Shown here: positions 40,446 through 53,012 of the stretch, piece after piece
Numbering within the stretch: the stretch's first letter is position 1
How the letters are laid out: each line of letters begins with the position of its first letter
DNA from: Octopus sinensis
Lineage: Eukaryota
DNA length: 64,000 bases
Reading direction: 5' to 3'
Assembly (NCBI RefSeq): GCF_006345805.1
Contig: NC_043004.1
Span: 69,626,001 to 69,690,000, forward strand
Notes under the pieces: generated by a model
What the model was told of the DNA's origin: nothing
Database searches by the model: none
What the model saw: the letters and a program-made list of their open reading frames with translations, nothing else
Program-made: the position numbers and the translations under genes

Positions 40446-41562
40446 AGTATATATGTATATATATATATATATGTATATATATATTTATATATACATAGAT
40501 ACATATATATGTGTGTATATATATGTATATATATATATAAGTATATATGTATATATATACTTATATATACATAGATACATATGTGTGTATATATATATAT
40601 CATCATCATCATCATTTAGCGTCCGTTTTCCATGCTAGCATGGGTTGGACGGTTCTACTGGGGTCTGTGAAGCCAGAAGGCTTCATCAGGCCCAGTCAAA
40701 TCTGGCAGTGTTTCTACGGCTGGATGCCCTTCCTAACGCCAACCACTCCGTGAGTGTAGTGGGTGCTTTTTACGTGCCACCCGCACTGGTGCCAGACAGA
40801 GCTGGCAAACGGCCACGAACGGATGGTGCTTTTTATGTGCCACCGGCACGAGGGCCAGGCGAGGCTGGCAACGGACACGAAACGGGGCGGTGCTGGCAAC
40901 ATATATGTATATATATATATATATAAGTATATATGTATATATATACTTATATATACATAGATACATATATATGTGCGTATATATATATGTATGTATATAT
41001 ATAATCATCATCGTCATTTTAAGATCCTCCTACCATGCTGGCATGGGTTTCTCTGTATACATATAAACTCATATATACACACACACATACAAGCATGCGC
41101 ACGTATTTGCTTATATACATATAATGTGTAAGTGGTTATGTATATATGTACATATATACACATGCCTGATATATACATACGTACATCTATGTATGGATTT
41201 GAAGATATGTATTTGTCTATCTATATATATATATAGACAAATATATATCTTCAAATCCATACATATGCGTGGATTTGAATATATATATATATATATATTC
41301 AAATCCACGCATAGATGTACGTATGACTGTCATGTGTATATATACCATCTGGTCAACACTAATCGATTGTTCTACTAATTAACCAGCCATAATCTGCAGA
41401 GATTCGTAGATAGGCCACCTTTCTTCTATCAGTTCCATGAAGCAGCATAGAGTAAACAGCCATATGTGAGGCCAGCTGTCAAAGTTCTTCCATCTAATGA
41501 CACCTACTGTGAGTTGATGTTAATTGGAGAGTTACTAAGAGAGGACAGGATTAATTGGACTG

Positions 41563-42435
41563 TCATCATCATTATTGTTGTCATTCTTACATAAGCTTTT
41601 CTATGCAGGCATGAGTTAGGTGAGTCCTCCCTAACACATTTCCTTCTGATTTGTTGTGTTCCTCTGTCATTTTCTGTGTGTTTTTCCACATACTCTTTAC
41701 TCTTTTACTTGTTTCAGTCATTTGACTGCGGCCATGCTGGAGCACCGCCTTTAGTCGAGCAAATCGACTTATTCTATCGGTCTCTTTTGCCGAACCGCTA
41801 AGTGACGGGGACGTAAACACACCAGCATCGGTTGTCAAGCAATGCTAGGGGGACCACACCAGAAACAAAACATATATACACACCTTATATATATATACAT
41901 ATATACGACAGGCTTCTTTCAGTTTCCGTCTACCAAATCCACTCACAAGGCTTTGGTCGGCTTGAAGCTATAGCAGAAGACACTTGCCCAAGATGCCACG
42001 CAGTGGGACTGAACCCAGAACCATGTGGCTGGTTAGCAAGCTACTTACCACACAGCCACTCCTGCGCCTCTCCCAACATGCTGAGATTAGCTTCCACTTT
42101 TTCTGGCATTGTGTTCTTTGGTCTTCTCTTCCACAGTTTTTCTTCCACTTGGATATCCGGGTACTTCTTTATCCACCTGTAGTCATCCACTTGCATTACA
42201 TGTCATCCATACCAACATACACCTCTCTCTCTCACCTGTACACCTGATTCCATTTATACCCCATTCTTCTTCACTCAGCTGATCAGTAACCACATATTGA
42301 TTGGAACTTTCTTGCTTCGTTTCTCTCCAACTTTTGCACATCTTCAGAATTCAGTGCCTACGTCTCACTGCCATGCAGCATCATACTTTATACACAAGCA
42401 TTGTACATTCTATCCTTTACTCAAGGAAAGAATCT
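41563..42435 (-). mobile_element. RTE LINE 3' fragment interrupted by a family A SINE (41693-42068, -)
   Basis: Minus strand reads VKDRMYNACV*SMMLHGSET*ALNSEDVQKLERNE; the 3' tail at 41563-41625 resembles the family D tail. Confidence 0.8.
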
Positions 42436-42857
42436 ACTTTGAGTGTGGCTGTCTGTGAATAGAAAGTGAGCAAGGACTGGAGGCAGGCTTGTTAGCATTG
42501 GTCTCATGATTAAATGACCACAGACTACAGTGGGACAACTTTAAAATATGTCCAGTCCATTGGCAGTGAGGTAGAATAGACATTAAATGACAATGATGCC
42601 AATTGTTGTTCTTGTTGGTGGTGCTGTTGTTTTTAGGGCTTTCCAATACTGCCATTGATTCTGTTCATCTTTTTGAGGCAGTGTTTTTATGGTTTCATAC
42701 TCTTCCTTTTAGCCAACATTTCTGGTCACCCCTTACAAACAAGCAGATATATGCTACACCTATTCTAAACCCCTTACAAACAAGCAGATATATGGTACAC
42801 CTATTCTAAAAGCTTGAGTACACACCATATTGTATGTATGTATATATACATACATAC

Positions 42858-43190
42858 AGGTGCATGGCTCAGTGGTTAGAGCGTCAAGCTTATGACCATC
42901 AGGTTGTGAGTTCAAATCCTGAACCGGGCTGCGTGTTGTGTTCTTGAGCAAGACACTTTATTTCACGTTGCTCCAGTTCACTCAGCTGTAGAAATGAGTT
43001 GCGACATCACAGGTGCCAAGCTGTATCGGCCTTTGCCTTTCCTTTGGATAACAATGGTGGCGTGGAGAGGGGAGGCCGGTATGCATGGGCGACTGCTGGT
43101 CTTCCATAAACAACCTTGCCCAGACTTGTGCCTCGGAGGGTAACTTTCTAGGTGAAATTCCATGGTCATTCATGACCGAAGGGGGTCTCT
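42858..43190 (+). mobile_element. Family C tRNA-derived SINE (full length)
   Basis: A box tggctcagtgg, B box gttcaaatcc, central gtgttcttgagcaagacactt, 3' ggtcattcatgaccgaagggggtc. Confidence 0.9.
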
Positions 43191-44734
43191 GCACATATAT
43201 GTATATAAATGTATACATATGTGAGTATCTCTGTGCGTGTCATCATCATTTAATGCCCTCCTTCCATGCTGGCATGGGTTGGACGTTTGACAGGAGCTGG
43301 TCAGGCAGGAACCTGTACTATGCTTCTGTGTCTATTTTGGCAGGGTTTTCACAGCTGGGTGCCCTTCCTAACACCAACCACTCCACAGAGTGGGCTGAGT
43401 GCTTTTTACATGGTACTCGCACAGGCGAGATCAGTTTTGGTGTGGTTTTTGCAGCTGGATGCCCATCCAAATGCCAACCACTGTACAGTGTAGACTGGGT
43501 GCATATATATGTGTGTGTGTGCATGCTTATGATTTGGGTAAAAACCTTATAGTTTGCTTTCAAAAGCTACTAGGTATCATATATATATGTGCATACAAAC
43601 ATACACATACATACATGTGGCTGTATAAGTATAGAGGCAGCTTGTAACTATACTAAGAGGACTCTTGGAAATTCCACAAGACAAGACAAATTAAGAGGAG
43701 CTATTTAAGAAAGAAAGGATAATTTGCATTTTTATTGTATATAAATCTTATTTTTGCCTTATATATATCTATCTCATTTGTTAGTATTTAATTCTCTTGA
43801 AACTGCAAGATCAATATATAATTGCATATTCCTTATTATGCAATATTTTATCATAATTATTTTACATTATATACAATTAATGTACGCAAAATGATACAGA
43901 GAATATTCACATTGTTTTTATTTACGTGATTAGTTTCAATTTCATTGCAAATTAAAAAAAAAAGAAAAAGACACCCAGAGCTATTTTACTAAGTTATTTC
44001 ACTTTGAGTCACAATAATATATGATTTTAAAATTTCCTTCTTCTAAACATGTTATTTCTCTCTCTCCCTCTTTCTCTCTCTCTCTCTCTCTAACAAACTT
44101 TTTAACCATGTAATTTACCTCAACATGTTAACATTTCTGCTTTTCTTTCTCTTTCTCCTCTCACTTCCACTAACCATGTGACATCATGGTTAGTGGAAGT
44201 GGCTATCTACTGTCTCACTCACTTTCACTCCCTCTTTCTCTTCCTCACACTCTCCCTCATTCTCCATTCCTCTTCCTCACACTCCCTGCCTCTCTATCAC
44301 CCTCACTCCACCCACTACCTAACTAAAGCATAATGTGTGAACAAACGAACAAGCAGAATTATAATACAAGCACTAGGCTTACAAGGAATACATCCTGGGG
44401 TCGATTTCTTCGACTAAAGGTGGTGCTCCAGCATGGTCACAGTCAAATGGCTGAAACGAATGAAAGAATATGTATATATAAATGTGTGTGTCTATGAATG
44501 TTTATGTTTCGTGTCCTAACGAGAAAGCATTGAGCTGGAAACAGTGTCATTTGTTTGCATTCCCTGTGAAGAAACCATCAGACATCTAAGCTTTTGAATC
44601 TATGTGGAATAAAAAGACTCTTGGAAAACAGTTAAGGGTTAGCAACAGGAAGGGCATATGGTTGTCAAACGTTGTTTCAGTAATGTTAATGGTCCAGCCA
44701 TTGCTAGCATGGAAAAACAAAAAACAAACATTAA

Positions 44735-46797
44735 ATGGTTAGCATTTAAACCAGTTCTATCCTGCCTGTCTTATGTTACTCTTACTCTTACTTGTTTCAG
44801 TCATTTGACTGCGGCCATGCTGGAGCACCGCCTTTAGTCGGGCAAATCGACCCCAGGACTTATTCTTTGTAAGCCTAGTACTAATTCTATCAGTCTCTTT
44901 TGCTGAACCGCTAAGTGACGTTGTTCAAAGTTGCTAGATCTGGCTTCTCACACCTCCCCTTTAATGTAATTCTAAAGATAAACAATCACATCATCAAAAT
45001 CTTGAAGTGACGAGATAATGCATGATTAACTCAAAGCAATGTGAATAGATAAGCTTTACATTTGACAGAATAATCTGAATGCTAAAGGGTTAAACATTTA
45101 AACTAGCCATATCTGGTCAAAATATTCTTATTTCTGTATTGCCCACAAGGGGCTAAACACAGAGGGGACAAACAAGGACAGACAAAGGGATTAAGTCAAT
45201 TACATCAACACCGGTGCGTAACTGGTACTTTATTTATCGGCCCCGAAAGGATGAAAGGCAAAGTCGACCTCGGCGGAATTTGAACTCAGAACGTAACGGC
45301 AGATGAAATACTGCTAAGCATTTTTCCCGGTGTGCTAATGACTCAGCCAGCTCACTGCCTTCCTTCTGCTCAAAATATTCTGCCTGTTTTAACCCTTTAA
45401 TGGATCAATTATTTTGACATGGTGTTTCATTTCAGAGCATATTTTTTCTTTCTTTTGTTAATTATATACACCGTTTTAATTACAAAAAAGGTTTTTTTAT
45501 CTTGTTTCCTTTTTTTTTCTTATAGAAATTAAAATGTACTTTTATTCATTTGGATTTAAACGAGTTAACTCAGACATTGAAAAAATACATATAACTTAAC
45601 TATCTTTGGTTTTTTACAAGATGTATTGCTCTTCAATCAAAGGAAAATTTTTTTTTTAAATGAGACAGTTTATTTAAAATGATAATTTTTAAAACAAGGA
45701 GTTACACACAAAGTTATCTTGCAGACATCACACATGTATCTGCTTTCTCTTCAAATCTTCTTTCCTTTAGTGTCTCTTTTCTCTGCGCATTTTGCACACT
45801 GCCTTGTAGGGGTTTATTTGTTATCACTTAGTGGTATTTCCATGGGAAAGTGACCAGCTGGGACAAATCTTGTTGGATGGTCTTCCAGGTTTCGTGGGAG
45901 GCAATAAGGACCTATATTTTTCAATAATCTTTGTGATTATTTGCATTCTAAATTTCAGCGGTTTCATAGCAGAAGCTGGAGTTTCCAAAGATGCTTCATA
46001 CAAAACAGAAGCATTCCAGATAGCCAAATCCATTAAATGAAAAAATACTTTTTTTTTTTTAATCAACGCGAGTAAATTTGTGATTGCTCAAAAATAAAAC
46101 AACACAAAACAAATAAACTCATTTGAGTGCTAAAATCAAAAGTTAATTTTGACCGAGTATACTCGTCTGGTTCTAAAAAGATGCATTTGCAATGCACGAG
46201 TAAACTCGGGATAATCCATTAAGGGATTAAGTTCAAACTGGCCAGATCCAGCATATCACACCTACTCAACTATATAATAGTAAAAATAAACAATCACATC
46301 TTGAAACCATTAAATAATTCATGATTAATTCAAAACAATATGAATAAATAAGCATTACAGTGCAGGAGTGGCTGTGTGGTAAGTAGCTTGCTAACCAACC
46401 ACATGGTTCCGGGTTCAGTCCCACTGCGTGGCATCTTGGGCAAGTGTCTTCTGCTATAGCCCCGGGCCGACCAATGCCTTGTGAGTGGATTTGGTTGACG
46501 GAAACTGAAAGAAGCCTGTCGTATATATGTATATGTGTGTTTGTGTTTGTGTGTCTGTGTTTGTCCCCCTAGCATTGCTTGACAACCGATACTGGTGTGT
46601 TTACGTCCCCGTCACTTAGCGGTTCGGCAAAAGAGACCGATAGAATAAGTACTGGGCTTACAAAGAATAAGTCCCGGGGTCGATTTGCTTGACTAAAGGC
46701 AGTGCTCCAGCATGGCCGCAGTCAAATGACTGAAACAAGTAAAAGAGTAAAAGAGTAATTACATTTGACAGAGTAACCTGAGTGCTAAAGGGTTAAA
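44735..46797. mobile_element. Two tandem TTAA-type MITEs (tagcatt...gctaaagggttaa) hosting nested SINEs and a piggyBac derivative
   Basis: An uninterrupted inverted copy of the same MITE at 49165-49380 shows the pieces. Inserts: SINE A 44778-44920 (-), SINE B 45129-45365 (-, TSD caaaatattct), piggyBac 45393-46226, SINE A 46359-46758 (+). Confidence 0.75.
45393..46226 (-). mobile_element. piggyBac internal-deletion derivative
   Basis: TTAA on both sides (45389-45392, 46227-46230); TIRs ccctttaatggat / atccattaaggga; minus strand KKVFFHLMDLAIWNASVLY...LKFRMQII and the Cys-rich tail RQCAKC...SRYMCDVCKITLCVTPCFKNYH. Confidence 0.9.
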
Positions 46798-48207
46798 TAA
46801 ATTAAGGAATACTTGCAAGGGTATATTAATTTAGATGAGTGGGGTGGAAGTGTAATTTGTTAGTTGTAAACAACAATTTAGACCAGTAAGTGTAGCCATG
46901 AAGATTATTACAGCCACGCCTTTCCTTCGTGGTAATGTCAATGCGTTACTTATATTTGTCCGCCTTCCTTCCTCTTTGGTCACTCTACACGTCACCTAAT
47001 AACTGACATCTTTGGAATCCATGACACACAATATGAAACCTCACTATCAAGGACATAGTGCAGAATGGACAACCACACACACACAGACATACAAGCATGT
47101 GTACATATATACACACATGTATATACAGTTATGTGTGTGTGTGATGTATAAATGATTCATATGTGTGTGTGTAGGTTTGTCTATGTATATTTGTGTGTAT
47201 GTATATATGTGTGTGTGTACATATGTATGGATGCATATAGATATATGTATTTATGTATGTATATGTATGTTTGTGCATATATATATGCATATATTTATGT
47301 GTGTGTATATGTATGTATATGTATGTTTGTACATATATACATGCATGTGTGTGTATGCATATATATGTGTGGATGTATATGTATGTGTGTGTATGCATAT
47401 ATATGTGTGGATGTATATGTATGTGTGTGTATACATATGCACACACACACACACACACATGTAGATAGACACAGGGATGGCTGTGTAAAGTTCATTTCTC
47501 TACATTCAATCCCTACTGCACAAGTTCTCCGGCTGCTACAGCGTCATGGTGGCCAGTATCTTGTGACAAGAATGTAGCAAGTGGAAACTGTGCAGAAGCC
47601 TACTGTTTGTTAATGTGTTGTTTATATTAGTAAAAATAGAGCTAGTGCTGTGGTTTATGCTTCATGAATAAGTGGTTCAATGAACAGGGACTGACATAAT
47701 AAGTATCAGAGTGTATTAGAGTTGATATCTTCAACTAAAAGCCCTTAAAGGCAGTGCCCCAGTATAGCCACAGTCCAGTAATGGAAACTGGTAAACAAGA
47801 TTTGAAAAAGAACACACACACACACACGTGTTCACATTTATACCAATAATAATTGCTGCACATGTTTTTTTGTTTTTGTTTTTTATAGCTAATTCACACA
47901 ATGCAATCTGTAAGTGGAACAGTAAAGACATGCGAAACTTTTCTCAAGTTCAAAATGTGGCATTGTTTTGTTATCAACATTCCAATACACACACATTTTG
48001 TCTTCATCATTTCGTGTCCACTCTCTGCCCTTCCTCACTGGATGCTGGAGAATTTCTCACTTGTTTGCTTCATTTTCATCTTGGTTTCTATGGTTACATG
48101 CTCCTCCTATTAGCAACCCATTTTACATAGTGTAATAGGTATGCTCAGTGTGTCTGTCCTTGTTTGTCCCTTCTATGTTTAGCCCCTTGTGGGCAATAAA
48201 GAAATAA

Positions 48208-48353
48208 GAAGCTTACTTCCCAACCACATGGTCCCGGGTTCAGTCCCACTGCGCGGCACCTTGGGCAAGTGTCTTCTACTATAACCTTGGACCGACAAAG
48301 CCTTGTGAGTAGATTTGGTAGACGAAAACTGAAAGTAGCCTGTCGTATATATG

Positions 48354-48402
<49 letters not shown>

Positions 48403-48608
48403 TTGTGTGTCTGTGTTTGTCTCCCCCCCCCCAACGTCACTTAACAACCAATGGTGGTATGTTTACGTCCCCGTAACTTAGCAGTTTGGCAAAAGAGATC
48501 GCTAGAATAAGTACTAGGCTTACAAAGAATGTCATCAGGTCAATTTGTTTGACTAAAGGTGGTGCTCCAGCATGGCTGCAATCAAATAACTGGAACAAAT
48601 AAAAGAAA
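48208..48608 (+). mobile_element. Family A SINE
   Basis: Consensus match; head overlapped by a family B tail fragment. Confidence 0.85.
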
Positions 48609-49014
48609 ATATATATATATATGTATATATATATATATTTTTGTGTTTGTATTTGTCCCCCCACCACCACTTAACAACTGATGTTGGTGTGTTTACATCC
48701 CCATAACTTGGCAGTTCAGCAAAAGGAGACAATAGAGTAAGTATCAGGCTTTAATAAAATAAATACTGAGATCATTTCATTCAGTTAACAATTCTTCAAG
48801 ATGGTGCCCCAGCATGGCCACAGTTTAATAGCAAAAACAGGCAACAAGTGAATGCAATGCTAGCCCTCTTTACACAAGCAATATGATGGAAGAAAGATAG
48901 ATTGTAGAGAGGTGTAGTGATAGGAGATGGGACGATAAATGGTGGGGGGGGGAGAATGGTAAATGGAGAAATCAATATGCACATAATGATCGTGAGAGAG
49001 ACCTAAATGTAAAT

Positions 49015-50251
49015 ATTATATATTCTAATCTCCTCCGTCATCACCCATCCTTTCACATTCAATTTTTTTCCTTCCTGCTTGCAGAGGTTGGGCATGTCTG
49101 GTAAGCTAGTGCACCAAACCTATACATGCATAGACAGTATGAAATATGTTACCACCCACTGCTTTGACCTTTTAGCATTCAGGTTACTCTGTCAAATGTA
49201 ATACTTATTTATTCACACCGTTTTGAATTAATTACGCATTATCTCATAGCTTTGAGAGTTAAATGATGTGATTGCTTATTTTGAGAATGTTATAGTAGGG
49301 TACAAATGAGTGGACAAATCTGGCTAAAACAGGTAGGATATTTGGGTTATATATGGACAGTTTAAATGTTAAAGGGTTAAGATGTTTCTGGTTAAAACGA
49401 AATTTCTTAAACTTTTCTAGCAAACCTTTCAAAAATACTTTTACAGTTTATTTAACCTCTCATAAAATTTAACTTTACGAAAGCAAAAGTAAGAGATTAA
49501 TGAAGTCATGCAATAATGTTTGTATTGGAATTTTCTCAGGTATGGAATGTATAGCAATAAAATTCCTCTCACTACAGGCACATGAGTGGCTGTGTGATAA
49601 GTAGCTTGCTTACTAACCACATAGTTCTGGGTTCAGTCCCACTGCATGGCACCATGGGCAAGTGTCTTCTACTATAGCCTCGGGCCGACCAAAGCTTTGT
49701 GAGTGGATTTGGTAGACGGGAACTGAAAGAAGCCCGTCGTATATATGTGTATATGTATGTGTGTGTCTGTGTTTGTCTCCTCCCCCCCCAAATCGCATGA
49801 CATCTGATGCTGGTGTGCTTACATCCCCGTAACTTAGCGATAGAATAAGTACTAGGATTGCAAAGAATAAGTCCTGGGGTCAATTTGTTTGACTAAAGGT
49901 AGTCCTCCAGCATGGCCACAGTCAAATGACTGAAACAAGTAAAAAGAATCAAAAAGAACCGCTAATTATGTTTTTGCATTCTTTTGTTTTTATCTTTTAC
50001 TTGTTTCAGTGATTAGGCTGCGGCCATACTGGAGCACTGCCTGGAAGTAGTCAAATGTATCTCACTTATTTCCTCAGCTGAGGTCGGAGTGAGTAGTATT
50101 GAGGAAAGGGATAATATGCTAAAGCAGTGCTGCGCAACCGATATTGGTCTGGTGCACTAGCTTACCAGACATGCCCAACCCCTGCAAGCATGAAGGAAAA
50201 AAATTGAACGTGAAAGGATGGGGGATGATGCAGGAGATTAAAATATATAAT
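49015..50251. repeat. Inverted repeat, ~105-bp arms (49015-49120 / 50146-50251) about 1 kb apart
   Basis: Arms are reverse complements with few mismatches; they include a family-D-like tail plus adjacent sequence. Confidence 0.85.
49573..49958 (+). mobile_element. Family A SINE
   Basis: Consensus match with a short internal deletion. Confidence 0.88.
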
Positions 50252-51168
50252 TTTTTTCCCTTTTACTTCTAGTTATAGTTTTAGTTCAGGTTTGCCGCCG
50301 AATTTTGAAAATAATTAAGTGTACCGCAGGTAAAAAAAAAAAGGTAAAAAGTATGGTTGGTGGGACAGAAACAGGTGTGCTGCTGTTGGCAAGATACATG
50401 GTAATTCCAGTTGGAAGAGAAGTAGGATGGTGGTGAAGGTGTGTTGGAGCTTACCCCTAAGATATAGAGAGGAGAGTGGGAAGTGGTACTGGTGGGTAGG
50501 TAAGTATGTGGGAGTGTGAGAGAACACATTAGTGTAATAGATAAGTCAAGAATAGTTCAGCAAACTTTGGTAATTGTTAAGTTTTGGTTATCCTGAGCAG
50601 TGGAAGTGTCCAATGTTTCAGACAGAAGTTGCTTAACAGAGTTGTATAATATCATAAAGGCTGGTAGGGGTGAGAAAGAAAGAAAAAAAGGTTTGTTGGT
50701 GGAGACAGGACGTAGAGAGTGCATTATTGCAGTGAATAAAAGAGGTGTAGAGAGTGAGGGTGATGGGTTATGAGGCAAGAAAGGCTGGGAGCTTGATTGT
50801 TGATCCAAGAAGCAGAGTGAAGGGCGAGATACTAAAGGTGGGAGAGCAGTAGTGGGAGTGCTTGGTTGAGGTGGAAGAAGGTCTGCTAGTGTAGTGTTAA
50901 TTAACTAATCCTCTCCAAGTTTGAGGTTTTGGTTATATATATATATATATATATATCATTTAATGTCTGTTTTCCATACTGGCATGGGTTGGATGGTTTG
51001 ATTGGAGTTGGTAAAGGTTGGGGCCTGCATTAGACTCCATCGTCTGTTCTGGTATGGATTCTATGACTAGATGCCCTTCCTAATGCCAACCACTTACAGT
51101 GTGTACAGGGTGCTTTTTATGTGGCACCAGCACCAGTTCAATTCTGCTGTGGTGGATGAGTCATATAT

Positions 51169-51238
<70 letters not shown>

Positions 51239-51878
51239 ATGTACACACACACATTTACAGAAAATGTATTTAGTATTTTAGGATTTATAAAACTCAATAT
51301 ATATACTATATATATGTATATATACATATATACTAATATATGTGTATAAATACATGCATACACACACATGTCTATGTATGTCACGTCACGTCACGTGACC
51401 GACCAGACCATCAGATGTTGTTACACATCGCTGGTCACAATGCATTCGCATTGTTTTAGCCTTCAAATGACGCCACCCCGCTGGCTAAACGAGCAGGCCA
51501 GTCTATGTATGTACCTATCTATATATGTATGTATCTATTTGTATGCATCTATAAGTATCTATCTATCTTTCTATGTATATATATGTACATCTCTTACAAT
51601 AAGCATCCTCTTCTTAAGGTGTTTCACATAATTCCTTCAGTGTAAAAGCTGTTACCAATTTATTGTGATGACTTGCTGTAGAAGCAGCAACAAAAACTGT
51701 CGTTTTATTACAAGATTCTCTACATAGAACATTTATTTTACATGTTGCATATCTCTCCTTTATTTCACATCTAATATTCCATCTTTCTCTGCATTCATCT
51801 ATCTTTCTGTGTGTTTATCTACCTATCTATCTATTTGTCTGTCTGTCTGTCTATTTGTCTGTTTCTTCATTGTGTGTG

Positions 51879-52225
51879 TATTTGAACAAAGATTTCCTTA
51901 AATTAAAAATTATTAATTGTATAAAAAGAATCTTAAAAGAACAATGACATGAACATTTTGGGAGGAAGTTTTCACATTGTGTTAATGTGCTTTCACTGTT
52001 TACAGCTTTTCAAACACACATCTTATGGAGTCAGCCATATATACAGATTACCCTATAACGTGTGTTTGAAAAACTGTGAACGGTGAAAGCACTTATACAC
52101 AGTATGAAAACTTGTTTCTAAAAAGCTTGCTTCATTCTAGTTTTTTCTTTCTTTTTGCTTTTTTTTTTCAAGATTCTCTTTATATCGTTAATAACTTTTA
52201 ATTTAAGAAAATCTTTCTTCAAATA
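51879..52225. mobile_element. Foldback element with divergent U3-A8 hammerhead-like motifs
   Basis: ~150-bp imperfect arms; minus 51979-52019 gtgt TTGAAAA gctgt aa acagt GAAA gcacat TA acac; plus 52060-52100 TTGAAAA actgt ga acggt GAAA gcactt. Confidence 0.7.
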
Positions 52226-52333
52226 TTGTGACTGTACCAAAAATTCTTTGCAAAACTTTTTTTAAGACATACATACATACATACATTATATATATATGTA
52301 TGTATGTTTCTCGCCGTGTTTCTTTTCTGTGTA

Positions 52334-52371
52334 TCTTTCTGTTGAAGAGCGTAGGCTCGAAACGTAAAAGA
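52334..52371 (+). ncRNA. Minimal type I hammerhead-like motif (A6U variant) in a Penelope-type repeat end (52310-52470)
   Basis: tcttt CTGTTGA a gagc gtag gctc GAAAC GTA aaaga: perfect stems I and II, stem III reduced to the palindrome acgt. Confidence 0.75.
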
Positions 52372-52549
52372 CTTGTTTTATTTATATTCCTGAGCGTCAT
52401 ACTAATACAATTGTTTGTTTGTATTCCACCTGCCTTCGTCTTTTGTTTATTTTCATAAAGTTTCCCGTTATATGTATGTATGTATGTATGTATGTATATG
52501 TAAATATACACACGCACTCACACATACAGTTCATTGCTTTCTTTTGCAG

Positions 52550-52653
52550 TCTGCGATCTGTCTAACTCAGGCCAATGGGACTCAAACACAAGCAATCCAA
52601 GAAGCTATTTCTGGAAATAATTCTAATAAAGAACTATTTGAGCCATGTGCTGA
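52550..52653 (+). CDS. GRK5: Next coding exon of the same GRK4/5/6-type kinase (RGS-homology domain)
   Basis: ttgctttcttttgcag| acceptor and GA|gtaagt donor. 104 nt, phase 0-2, reads SAICLTQANGTQTQAIQEAISGNNSNKELFEPCA(E/D), in frame with the previous exon. Matches GRK5 SPVFIAQV...CKELFSACA in position, phase and the KELF..CA motif. Confidence 0.85.
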
Positions 52654-52976
52654 GTAAGTACAACTAATACATTCTCTTCTGTAAATAAATGCATTTTTAT
52701 ACACATGTGTATTTATATTTGTGTGTGTGTGTGTGTAGTTTCTGTGAGAGAGTGTTTTACTGGAAATGTATTTTGAATTTTGCTTAGATTAAAAATGCTT
52801 TTAATTATAAATCTCAAGTAACAAGCTGTGATGGGCGAGTTCTGACAAACCGTTGATTGTTGAACTATGGTGGAAGTTCAGTGTAAGCAAACTATGAAAT
52901 TGCAAGGCAGAGGGTATGTGTGTGTGTATGTATGCATGCATGTGTATTCATGCACATATACTATACACATCATCAA

Positions 52977-53012
<36 letters not shown>

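Noticed and set aside
42858-42930. tRNA-like sequence with A and B boxes (also 56848-56922)
   Set aside because: SINE head; it continues into SINE body and lacks a proper acceptor stem.
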